The position numbers were made by a program, and so were the translations under genes. Shown one piece after another: positions 1-11,566 of a DNA stretch of 64,000 nucleotides. The notes under the pieces were generated by a model. The model was not told where the DNA came from. It saw only the letters and a program-made list of their open reading frames with translations, and ran no database searches. Position 1 is the stretch's first letter, and each line of letters starts with the position of its first letter. The stretch comes from Octopus sinensis (Eukaryota), in the NCBI RefSeq assembly GCF_006345805.1, contig NC_043019.1, positions 1,550,001-1,614,000 on the forward strand, read 5' to 3'.

Positions 1-1142
1 TCACATCTAAACAAACTAAGAGATATAAAATCTATTTCAAAAGAAAGATGTGACGCTAAGTTCACACGTCTCCATTAACTTTAGTTTTTTTCAATTCCTT
101 CATATCTACAGCCTTCATATTGGCAGCATTCTATTGTAAAAATATATTGACCACTAATAAAACATTTTCTAAATATAAATTTCCTTCTGTATTATTTATT
201 ACGACAAAACATGTTCAGTATGCGATGCAACAAGATGTCATTTAATATTAAACGCATCTGCAAGGTTTAAAAATCATCTGAAGACATCAACGGAAAGCTT
301 CATTAGCTGAAATGTAAAGAGATTTTATGCGTTACAACTAAATCTCATCCAAATCAAACACTGTCCTTTACAAACTCAATGAAATATTCGTCAAAAGTAA
401 TCTCAGATATAAAAAAAAAAAGACGGGTTGTCGCAGTAACACGACTTTGCTTTTACGACTACCAGTTTAGTTGTGATCATGAATTAAATAACAGCAAGAA
501 CAGGAACGTGGGTGGCAAAATCTTTGGAAACCCATTTACATAATCATTTCATATCAAATACTTTCCGGGATCACATTTAACTGTTAAATCCAGATTGAAG
601 CTAAAACGTTATCTTTCAATAAATGGAATTATGAAGTAATATATTTTTATACTATTTTGTCCATGGACTTGCGACATCTTTGTTGAATATTAATGCAATT
701 AGTTCTTACTATGATTTGTAACAGGTTATGAAGCTAATCACTTTTTCATTTTAGATCTAAATTAATTTTATGTAGTTAGACAATTTCCATACAACTCATT
801 ACGTATGCAAATTGCATATAATTTATTATGGCAGTTCATCCGTTTTTTTCTCCAGTTTATTGTTCAAATTAGTACGTATGAAGTATTACTCTAGTATATC
901 AGTGAATGGCGTGGTTTAGAAGTTATGATCGTAATAGAAAAGGTAAGGTTTCGAATCTGCTACACAACGGCGAGTTGTATGTTTGACCAAGTCGCCTCAT
1001 TTCATGTTCCTATACTCGAATACGCTGAACATGAGTATCATCGAGAGTTGGAGTTAATCATGTGGCAGGTTGGCATTGTATTGAGAAGGAAAATTTGAAG
1101 ACATGAGTAGCAATTGCATGGCGCTATATTTCGGCTAAAGTA

Positions 1143-1470
1143 TACGATTTGATTTGTAGTGCAATCTTTTCAGCTGTCTCAAGAGACGCGACTTGAGTCT
1201 TTTCAGAAGCAGCCATCCTTTCCCAAAATAGTTTCTTTGTTCAGATTGCTGTTCTAGCAGTCTTTGGAAATAATTCACATCTTTACATTGAAGAAAAATG
1301 TTCCGTTGTAAAATGTCTTTTCAACTTGCTAAGCAAAAAAAAGGCTTTCGTTAGACATCCTTTTACCACAAACAACACACAGCGGGAGAGGTTGATCCTC
1401 GTTGCCAGTCGAATGAAACCCAAACTTTAAATAGCTATTGCAATATTTACGATTGGGTTGAACTTGCGCA
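1143..1470 (-). pseudogene. Decayed hAT (Buster/Charlie, ZBED5/ZBED8-like) transposase N-terminal fragment
   Basis: Minus-strand translation across frameshifts gives RKYCNSYLKFGFHSTGNEDQPLPLCVVCGKRMSNESL..SKLKRHFTTEH..KDVNYFQRLL..ASLETAEKIA, matching the Buster-type BED finger pattern (RKY..SYL.FGF...P.C..C...SN....SKL.RH...H). Confidence 0.75.
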
Positions 1471-2167
1471 ATATTATCTCTACGCTTAGATGATTTCGAC
1501 TAACTTTCACTTTCACATTCATTACCTTCACTGATAAGTTTCCTCTTAATAAACTTTTCAATTTTATGGGTAACTGAATCTGTTAATATGAATTGTCTCG
1601 CACGAAGAGCACAGATCACTAACAGAGTCAAACTGGGTGTGAGACAGGTGAGCAGTGAGAATTCTTCCAAAATTAATTGAAAAGATGAAAAATCTTGCCT
1701 CCATATGGATGAAAATAATTGAAATACAGCCGCAATACGTAAGGACGTATTAAAAGATTTAGTTCAACATCGTATATTTTAGTTCAATTGTTTATTTTCC
1801 ACATTTATTATAGTGAAATGAACACTGACCTGAAGGAATTGAAGAAAACAACCACCTCTCATTTTTAGTTTAGAACTTAGTATTTAGATTCTTACCACCG
1901 CGTTGCACAGTTTGGGAGGCACTGGGTTAGTCCAAAGTACGCGTTACGTTGAATTGTACGTTGTTGCTACACTTTGGTGACCGACAAGTCGTAAATCCCC
2001 TTGGTGTATTATAATCAAATGAATAACAGATGGTGCATAACTGTCGGCTCAACACATATATTACACAGGGTGTTCCACAGGTCTTGGGCACATTTTAAGT
2101 CCTCATCTCTGCTGGACTATGATTGGCAGAAAGAAGAAAGCTAAATTCATTAAGTTTTTTTTTGTAA

Positions 2168-2576
2168 TACTCTTTTACTCTTTTACATGTTTCAGTAATT
2201 TGACTGAGGTCATGCTGGAGCACCGCCTTTAGTCGAGCAAATCGACCCCGGGACTTATTCTTTGTAGGCCTAGTACTTATTCTATCGGTCTCTTTTGCCG
2301 AACTGCTAGGTGACGGGGACATAAACACACCAGCATCGGTTGTCAAGCAATGCTAGGGGGACAGACACAGACACACAAACACATACATATATATATATAT
2401 ATACATATATACGACAGGCTTCTTTCAGTTTCCGTCTACCAAATCCACTCACAGGGCATTGGTCGGCCCGGGGCTATAGCAGAAGACACTTGCCCAAGAT
2501 GCCACGCAGTGGGACTGAACCCGGAACCATGTGGTTGGTAAACAAGCTACTTACCACACAACCACTCCTGCGCCTA
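2168..2576 (-). mobile_element. tRNA-derived SINE, family A (near full length)
   Basis: Reverse complement starts TAGGCGCAGGAGTGGTTGTGTGGTAAG (A-box-like) and GGTTCAGTCCC (B-box-like), has an internal (TA/CA) microsatellite and ends in a GAAACATGTAAAAGAGTAAAAGAGTA tail. Near-identical copies at 11126 and 20720, and a + strand copy at 52687. Confidence 0.9.
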
Positions 2577-2732
2577 TGTAATGCTAATGATTTTTTTCAT
2601 ATCGTTTCAGATCCAGCATACCATATAGAATTCTAGCTCTAATTACAGCCACGGGTGGTCTTATCCCATTTTAAAATAAATTTGTTTGAAATTTTAAGGG
2701 GTTTCTATTATTTTGTCCAACCACTGTACATA

Positions 2733-2857
2733 TACGATGGGCTTTTTCAGCTTCTGTCTACGAAATCCACTCACAGGGTTTTGGTCAGCCCAAGTCTCAG
2801 ACGACTGAACCCAGATCTAAATGGTTGGGAGGCAAGTTTCTTACCACACAGCCACGC
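2733..2857 (-). mobile_element. SINE family A, partial (head and central part)
   Basis: Clear similarity to 2410-2576 (TTTCAG..CTACGAAATCCACTCACAGGG..TTACCACACAGCCAC). Confidence 0.75.
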
Positions 2858-3499
2858 TTGATATGATATGTTTTGTACATATATTTGTGTAAGCGTGTAT
2901 ATGTGAGTGTGCGTGTGTATTCATGTGAATGTGCGTGTGTACGTGTGAGAGTGTGTTTGTGTGTGTGTAAGCATCAGTGTATTTGTGATATGATTCTTTT
3001 ATTCCAAATATATACCCAAGTATAATACAATTATGAAAGTTTTTAGTAATGCTCATTAATGCATAACTCATTATACAATGGATACTGTTTGAAATTCTTG
3101 TGTTTACTTGGATCCACCTTTTCATCTTCTCCGCCCATTATTTCTGGGTGGAGTTCAAGGAATAAAGTTCTCAGTCACCTCCTGCATGGGATACTCTAAG
3201 AAGCAACCTTTAGTATACTTCCCGCCTAAATTCGCATGCATGGTGGGTAGCATCAAAGGATATTATTTAACCGTCTGGTTCTTCGTCTACACATAGGTCT
3301 CCCGCTCTTTGATTCGGCTCTAAAAATACGTTTTGCAACTCTTCCCTACAACGTTCTAGTCGTATGTCTATAGTACTGCCAGCTCAAAGGTCCTACATAT
3401 CAGAGTGCTGAGAAGCAGTATCTAGATTCAAGGAGGCTCACTGAAGCAAATATCTATATTTCAGAAGGGGAAAATTTTAATGTATTCCATTCGGAAAGT

Positions 3500-3900
3500 T
3501 ATATTAATTTCAAGTTTTGGCACAAAACCACTAATTTGTGAAGTGGGGTAAGTTGATTACATAAACCACAGTTTTCAACTAGTACTTGTTTTATCGACCT
3601 CAAAACGACGAAAGGCAAATTCCACCACAGGGTAATTAGAACTGGGAACGTAAACGCAGGGGAAATACTTATTTCTTTACTACCCACAAGGGGCTAAATA
3701 CAGAGGGGACAAACAAGGACAGACAAACGGATGAAGTAGATTATATAGACCGCAGTACGTAACTTGTACTTATTTAATCGACCCCGAAAGGATGAAAGGC
3801 AAAGTCGACCTCGGCGGAATTTGAACTCAGAACGTAACGGCAGACGACATACGGCTACGCATTTCGCCCGGTGTGCTAATGTTTCTGCCAGCTCGCAGGC
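3500..3900 (-). mobile_element. Two adjacent tRNA-derived SINEs, family C (one degenerate at 3500-3660, one well preserved at 3663-3900)
   Basis: Reverse complement reads GCGAGCTGGCAGAAACATTAGCAC..GAGTTCAAATTCCGCCGAGGTCGACTTTGCCTTTCATCCTTTCGGGGTCGAT; same family as 42480-42695 and 51852-52082. Confidence 0.85.
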
Positions 3901-4548
3901 TTAAAATGGAAAGACAGGCAAGTAGCCGCTTGCCATTTTGTTCGGCCTATTAAACACTCTGTCAGCTCACAGTCCTACATATTGGTTTGTAATATCAATA
4001 TTTTATCATACCAGATAGAAAGCATGCTTCATTGATTATTGACACAGTACGCTAGTTTTGGTAAATAGAATTTAATGTAAACGTCGCCTGTCGATATATG
4101 ATGCAATGTAGCACATCTATATCAACTATATACTATACAAAAGGTTTATTATGTCGATACACTTATTATTTATTAATTTAAATTCAGATTATTGTAAACT
4201 GGCGTCAATCATAACAAAAACCATACGCCAGTATATATATATAATTAATCAAAGGATGTACTAAGTATGTCTACTTGCTTGAAATAACAGTCAAAACTCT
4301 TATTAAATCGCCAAACAAACACTGATGAAAACTACAGAAATCAAACGAAGGCAAAATCAGTTTAAGACAATCTACTAACATACATTTAAGTATCTGTCCT
4401 TTGATTAATTTTAATCCCTCGGCTATTTAATGCTATTTTTTGGCCTGCTATCGCCCGTGTCATTGATTCTGTCATTATCATTTTAAAAATAGTTACATTG
4501 GATATTAATAGAACTAATGAAACCTTTGCAAATTAACTTTTGGTGAAT

Positions 4549-4615
<67 letters not shown>

Positions 4616-4787
4616 TAAGCTCACAACTTGAATGGACCCTAAACAAAACTTAACTTAAACAGGATTTAGATAATCCTATCAGGTGGTGCTATTAAGTTAG
4701 ACATGGCCTTGACTAATCTTTGTAATCTTTGGTCGAAACATATCTAAGTTTTTATCTAAGTTTTATATACATTAAAGTGCATATATA

Positions 4788-4847
<60 letters not shown>

Positions 4848-4852
4848 AGTTT

Positions 4853-4916
4853 GTTGCACTGATGAACATGAAATGCATATTCTGCATTAAATGCGAAATC
4901 ACATGTGATATGTAAC
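4853..4916 (+). ncRNA. Type I hammerhead ribozyme (copy 1)
   Basis: Stem I GTTGCA/TGTAAC; core CTGATGA (4859-4865); stem II CAT-AATGCA/TGCATT-ATG; GAAA (4895-4898); palindromic stem III ATCACATGTGAT; predicted cleavage after ATA at 4910. Confidence 0.85.
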
Positions 4917-5349
4917 TGAATTCTTTTTTAAAATGATGGGTTTTGAAGTTTTGCATTCGGTAAAATTTTGTTTATTTTTAGTAGTTTTGACCGCATTGGT
5001 CCCTCTTAGCGTGTTGGTATCTACGAATAGTAGTACCCTCAATATAATATAAATGAATATTTTCAAAGAGGAAGAATTTACGGATTTTTTCTCTTACGAG
5101 GTTTTTCACGCTGACTACTGATAATTTCTTTTAAAGATTTTATCCTCAATTGTTAATTTATATTTTTCACCGGAATAGTTCAATACTGAATTTTTATTCC
5201 GACTAGACAATTTGTTACCGAAATGCATTGCGAATAAGCCCGCCAATTTCATAGATATGTAAAGATAAACATTCGTACATGCTACGATGAATTCTACGGT
5301 TGGCTATCGAGCTTGTAATGTTATGTTTTCTCTTATATTTCTTGCGTTT

Positions 5350-5413
5350 GTTGCACTGATGAACACGAAATGCATATTCTGCATTAAATGCGAAATCACA
5401 TGTGATATGTAAC
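5350..5413 (+). ncRNA. Type I hammerhead ribozyme (copy 2)
   Basis: Same motif as 4853-4916 with one stem II substitution (CAC for CAT); predicted cleavage after 5407. Confidence 0.85.
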
Positions 5414-5552
5414 TGAATTCTTTTTTAAAATGATGTGTTTTGAAGTTTTGCATTCGGTAAAATTTTGTTTATTTTTAGTAGTTTTGACCGCATTGGTCCC
5501 TCTTAGCGTGTTGGTATCTACGAATAGTAGTACCCCCAATATAATATAAATA

Positions 5553-5680
<128 letters not shown>

Positions 5681-5988
5681 ACATGAGTGGATGCTAAAAA
5701 CTTTTGGGGTATATTGGTATAGCGAAAGGTGTGGTTTGTGGCCCAACATTGTGAGATTTTTTTTTTTTTACAGGGCTTAGAAAACCTGAAGAACTGCTGC
5801 GTTTAGTGTGTGAATCTGAGAATGGAAAACATCGAATAAATTCATAATTAACTGAGCCTATATATATATTCATATATTTTATAATTACTTAATCACTGTA
5901 ATTAGTAATTCCTTATTGCATTGGACCTTAATTAATTCTCACATATTATCTCTTCCCCAACACACACACACACACACACATACACACA

Positions 5989-6028
<40 letters not shown>

Positions 6029-6128
6029 AACATATATATATACACGAAGACATATATATATAGATAGATATATTTATACATATGCATATATATATATACA
6101 CATATACTTACAGATATATACATATATA

Positions 6129-6164
<36 letters not shown>

Positions 6165-6566
6165 TGTATATGGATGTGTATTTTCCAATTTAAACTGAAT
6201 AATAGTCATTTCCATCGATCCTAATCACCGTTATTTATTATAACATAATTCAATAACTCCTGCCTATCTTCATTAAATTTATATTACAATCAAAACACGC
6301 TTCTCACCTTCTTACATCATTCTCTACCGTTCCCTTCCTTCCATTTATATTTCTGTATAGCGAATTGTATGCTTACTGTATGCTTGTGTGCTTTTGATTG
6401 AAGTTTAGAATATATGTAATTCGTCTTCAGATCTGTTCTTCTCATTCTGATAGTATAAACAAATTAATTTTGCCAGATTCGTTCAATAAACACATTGTAT
6501 TCTACATGTGAAAAGCATTGAATTGATTTGTGTTCATTTCCTTCCCTAACGTTATACATTTCTAAA

Positions 6567-6950
6567 GGAGGCACAATGGCCCAGTGGTTAGGGCAGCGGA
6601 CTCGCGGTCATAGGATCGCGGTTTCGATTCCCAGACCGGGCGTTGTGAGTGTTTATTGAGCGAAAACACCTAAAAGCCCCACGAGGCTCCGGCAAGAGAT
6701 GGTGGTGATCCCTGCTGTACTCTTTCACCACAACGTTCTCTCACTCTTACTTCTTGTTTCTGTTGTACCTGTATTTCAAAGGGCTGGCCTTGTCATACTC
6801 TGTGTCACGCTGAATATCCCCGAGAACTACGTTAAGGGTACACGTGTCTGTGGAGTGCTCAGCCACTTACACGTTAATTTCACGAGCAGGCTGTTCCGTT
6901 GATTCGGATCAACCGAAACCCTCGTCGTCGTAACCGACGGAGTGCTTCCA
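6567..6950 (+). mobile_element. tRNA-derived SINE, family B (full length)
   Basis: GGAGGCACAATGGCCCAGTGGTTAGGGCAGCGG (A box) and GGTTTCGATTCCC (B box); near-identical inverted copy at 43528-43907. Confidence 0.9.
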
Positions 6951-7124
6951 TCCACATTTCTAAATCATAATAATATTAATTGTGAGTTAAATGTTTGGCA
7001 CAAGGCCAGCAATTTTGAGGAAGTGTGCAAATCGATTTCATCGATCTCAGAACTCAAAAGTTACTTATTTGGTAAAGATGGACGGATGAAAGGCAACATG
7101 GACCTCGGCGGAATAATAGTAGTA

Positions 7125-7683
7125 GAGAAATTGGAATTGACAAGAGAGCAAAGCAACTAAAAAAAACCCGGCTTTGCTGGGGTCAGCTCGGATTTTGAGA
7201 TTGGTACTAGAATGTTGAATGTCTCCCACGATAATTAATAGCCAAGTATGAAAGCTTACAATGTGAGGTAAGAACACATGAGACCCCTGACAGCTGCTAT
7301 CCGCTCTCACAGAATCTACCAGAACAAGCGTGAAGTTGCATGCCCATTTGTGTCATGAATAGTCAAGAAGGAGGACGAAAGGATAGATACAACACTCTTA
7401 AGTACGAAACTGCCCGGCTATGGAATATGAAGAAAGTGAAGATAGTGCCAATTATTGTTGGATCCTTAGGGACAGTATCAGAAGACGTTCAGAGGAATAT
7501 AAAGGTAATTGGAATAGAGTACCCAGTAGAACTTTTACAAAAGATTTGTCTCTTTGGCATGGCTAGAATAGTGAGAAAATTATTAGCTGAAAAGAACAAA
7601 TAGCATGGTGCCGTAGGCTGCAAGTAATAAGCCCATTACACATGCAAGTCTCCAGGAGCTCAAACAGGACCTGTGATATAGAG
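7125..7683 (+). pseudogene. Two 3'-terminal fragments of R4/Dong-like RLE non-LTR retrotransposons
   Basis: 7340-7603 encodes RKDRYNTLKYETARLWNMKKVKIVPIIVGSLGTV..IGIEYPVELLQKICLFGMARIVRKLL; 7125-7215 encodes (frameshifted) EKLELT..QLKK-ALLGSARILRLVLE. Both match the C-terminal KY..L..E...LW..V.G.LG..LQK..LLG.ARI.R.VL signature. An (AAT)n tract follows. Confidence 0.75.
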
Positions 7684-7684
<1 letters not shown>

Positions 7685-7772
<88 letters not shown>

Positions 7773-7773
7773 C

Positions 7774-7834
<61 letters not shown>

Positions 7835-7870
7835 TAACAATAATAATAATAATGGTGATGATGATGATGA
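7685..7870. repeat. (AAT)n then (GAT)n microsatellite
   Basis: Direct reading; explains the poly-Ile ORFs. Confidence 0.97.
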
Positions 7871-9336
7871 TGATAAAATATGCCCTGATGCAGTACCAGG
7901 CAGTGGCTCTCGTGGCTTCTGATGTTAACTGATTGGAAGTGTTATCGTGTACGTTGTTTTCTCTTGGTATAAAAGATGGGCTACAGCAAATATTCTGCTC
8001 AATACCACAAATTTGATTGTCTGTTGTTTGACCTTAACTGGTTGAGCACGTCCCTTGGTGGCTGACGATATATGCAGCTCTGATCACGAGCAGAAGTAGT
8101 TGGGGAGCATCATAGCCATTTGTTGAGAGGGATTCTTTGGGGTTTGGATAATTCACCTTTGGGAACATGGCTGTTTTGTTCAATATCCTTAAACAACCCT
8201 CAATCAGAAGAAAATTCTACCTGGGCCCCACCTGCAAGGTCATGTGCTGTTTATCTTGAGATCACCATGTCACACACATATGGTTGGGATGCATGTGTCT
8301 CGTGCACTCTTCAGTGCCATTTGATCTTAGTAGATAAAACTGGAAGAAATGCTCTTAAGCATTAAGCATTGCGAAATACTTGGAATAATAGAACGTTTAT
8401 AGAACATTTATGTAATTCTAACACAGCCATTATTTGTAAATGCAGAATCAATACCAAAGCATTAAATATTTTAATTTTCCAGTAAATTCGTAAAAATAAA
8501 GATTTTTGTGCTATATTCTTTAATGTGGATCTCACGCAGTTAACTCCGAAAATCTGCAGTAACTTCACAGTGACAAACTACTATTTACGCTTCTGCCTCC
8601 ATCTGCGAATTATGTGAACAGTTTTAGACTTGTCTTAGAGTGTGAAATATAAAATCTACCTTATATTAATATATTTTCTGCAAAAATATCTCGCATTCAC
8701 CGCTAATTACCTGCCTTTCCGTTTCTGGGATTTGATTTGTTAAAATCAAGCGTTTGATACGAAGATCAAATTCAAACGTAGAAAATATAAACATGACACT
8801 GAATAACAATATATACTTAATCTCTATATATGGATGTACGTTTGTATGTATGCGTTTGCATGTGATTGCACTTGCTTTATAAATTTGAACGGATAATCTA
8901 CCTCGTTGTGTGTATATACAGAAAATATATATAAACATATATGACCTATTCTATTTAAATAACCTTTAGCTAGATAAATAATCTAAGTTATTAAATTTGA
9001 AATGTCAATGTGTCACAACGTGAGACGCAGTGCGAGTTACACTTGACAGTTAGAAATAGCAGTTAAATCTGAGGAAAGGACACGTTGTCTAATATAAATG
9101 GGGCGGAAAATAATATTTGAAATACTGTGGAAAACTGAACTGCGTTGAAGAGGGATCAACTGGTGCTGAACAACGATATATATTGATTTCAAGATTCGAT
9201 TTTTTTATGTATGTTTCCATATATAATCATCTTTCAGTCACACGCTAAAATACGTTTTCACCATCATGTTATAAACAGGTGCTGGGCTCTGATCAGATTA
9301 CTATTGTTCAGATTACGATAATAGTCATGCTTTATT

Positions 9337-9540
<204 letters not shown>

Positions 9541-9997
9541 TTCAGAAAGAAGTGCATTCCATCCCTTTTTAATTCTTCAACAATTTGCACGTGAACGCTG
9601 CAAAAGAAAAAAAACCCAGAAATTATGAGTTATATTTCACCTACGACGATAAGGATCAAAAGAAATTTTGATGATATGAAAATAATATTCAGCATTCCTC
9701 ATATCTAATACCGTTATATCACGCAACGATCATGGACAAGTTATTGAACAGTTAAAAAAAAAGAAATGTATTCTAAATCTTTGCGAATCAAATATATCTG
9801 TGTATGTGCCTGCCTGTGTTTCGTGAGTCTGTTCGTCAATGTGTACGCTTATGAATACGTATTTTGAATTTGTGTAAAATCGAAAAATATAAATATATTC
9901 TGACTCCCTTCCTTGTTTTATATTTCCACAGTAATGCATAATATTTTAAATCTCCACTATTTTCAAAGTAGATTTATCATGAACTATATGTGAGCTA

Positions 9998-10033
<36 letters not shown>

Positions 10034-10065
10034 CATAATTTAAAATTGAATAGAAGGTCTTGAAA

Positions 10066-10111
10066 CCACCTGATGAATGTCCTTAGAAGTGACAAGAAAC
10101 AATTGTAGTGG
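10066..10111 (+). ncRNA. Type I hammerhead ribozyme in a ~185-bp segment between two (TA)n tracts
   Basis: Stem I CCAC/GTGG; core CTGATGA (10070-10076); stem II TGTC/GACA; GAAA (10096-10099); palindromic stem III ACAATTGT; cleavage triplet GTA (10105-10107). Confidence 0.8.
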
Positions 10112-10211
10112 ATAACTTAATTTTATTTAATTTATATAAAAAAACTTATGTATTGGATTAAGTCTTTCTTTGTTTGATTTGCATAATAGTGGTTTTGTCT
10201 CTAATTAATAT

Positions 10212-10281
<70 letters not shown>

Positions 10282-11125
10282 ACTCAGTCGGAATGATCGG
10301 CAGCAAAAGTACAGTAACAAAAGACAAGAGTAATTGGATCGGAGCGTAATAAATTTAAAAGGTGTATCAATGTTCGACAGTGGCAAAATTAATGTGATGT
10401 CGCCAGGTTGAACATGGGGGTCACAATCACTAAAGTACAAGAAACTGCTTCCATTTCAGACCTCAGAGTAAAATCGCAGAAGACTTAATCAACAGCGTAA
10501 TTTCAAGAAAGTGCAGGTGTACTTGAAACTTCTGAAGACTTATGTCGTTACACTTCAATTTTACCTGTGTTATGGCGACTGCCACTTAGCTATTTCAATA
10601 CAATTATCGCCGAACCGTCTCAGCGATAGTTCTATGTACTGAATAAAGGAAAGCTGAGTCATTACAGCAACCATACATATGTATATGATTGTAAACATAA
10701 AAAATACTGTATACAGATATAAGATTACCTCAGAGAATATTTGTATATAGGATCTAGCTAATATTATATTAAACAAATAATTATCAATCAGTTGAGTTTG
10801 TTTAGAAAAAGGGACAAAATGAATACTACCAGCCTTAGTACGCTAATTTGGGTAATTAAAGATTGTAACAAAGCAATATTCGATTGCTTGGGAAATTATT
10901 CGTAAATGTGTGTGTGTGCATGTGTAAGGTGTGTGGTATGTATTTGTGCGTGTATATATGTATGTGTATTTGTGCGTGTGTGTGATGTGTATATGTGTAT
11001 GTGTTTATACGGGAGCATGGTGTGTTATTCTTACTAGATTTCTCCTTCATAATTAAATCTAAAACTAATTGATACCTGATATGAGTTGTCATATATATCC
11101 TTTACGTATATGTCCTATTTATATA

Positions 11126-11529
11126 TACTCTTTAATCTTTTACTTGTTTCAGTCTGCGGCCATGCTGGAGCACCGCCTTTAGTTGAGCAAATCGAACCCG
11201 GGATTTATTCTTTGTAAGCCCAGTACTTATTCTACCGGTCTCTTTTGCCGAACCGCTAATTGACGAGGACGTTAACACACCAGCATCGGTTGTCAAGCAA
11301 TGCTAGGGGGACAAACACAGACACACAAACACATATACACACACATATATATATATACATATATACGACAGGCTTCTTTCAGTTTCCGTCTATCAAATCC
11401 ACTCACAGGGCATTGGTCGGCCCGGGGCTATAGCAGAAGACACTTGCCCAAGATGCCTCGCAGTGGGACTAAACCCGGAACAATGTGGTTGGTTAGCAAG
11501 CTACTTACCACACAGCCACTCCTGCGCCT
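11126..11529 (-). mobile_element. SINE family A (full length)
   Basis: Near-identical to 2168-2576. Confidence 0.9.
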
Positions 11530-11566
11530 TTATATATATATATCCTTTATATATATATATATATAT

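Larger units (their letters stand above)
4849..5552 (+). mobile_element. Retrozyme-like / mini-Penelope non-autonomous element: 1.4 tandem copies of a 497-bp unit, flanked by (TA)n
   Basis: Direct repeats 4849-5057 and 5346-5552 differ by only a few substitutions, and each contains a complete hammerhead. (TA)n lies on both sides and there is no long ORF. Confidence 0.75.

Noticed and set aside
248-280. CTGAAGA..GAAA-GCTT word pair; similar pairs at 4321, 22720-22750 and 44670-44716
   Set aside because: No adequate stem I or stem II pairing; expected by chance.
3130-3420. Possible RTE relic on the minus strand (also ~47150-47520 on plus)
   Set aside because: Too decayed to read a diagnostic motif with confidence.
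4690-4752. Hammerhead-like GACTAA..TTGGTC-GAAA-CATATC near (TA)n
   Set aside because: No recognisable CTGANGA core; at best a heavily decayed relic.
4975-5025. Possible antisense hammerhead in the 497-nt unit (reverse complement CTAAGAG-GGACC-AATGC-GGTC-AAAA), which would give viroid-like ribozymes in both polarities
   Set aside because: The core lacks G5, GAAA is AAAA, and there is no stem III, cleavage triplet or stem I; only a 4-bp hairpin is supported.
6567-6640. tRNA-like A/B boxes as real tRNA genes (also the heads of SINE families A and C)
   Set aside because: They continue into conserved SINE bodies found in several dispersed copies and do not form complete cloverleaves.
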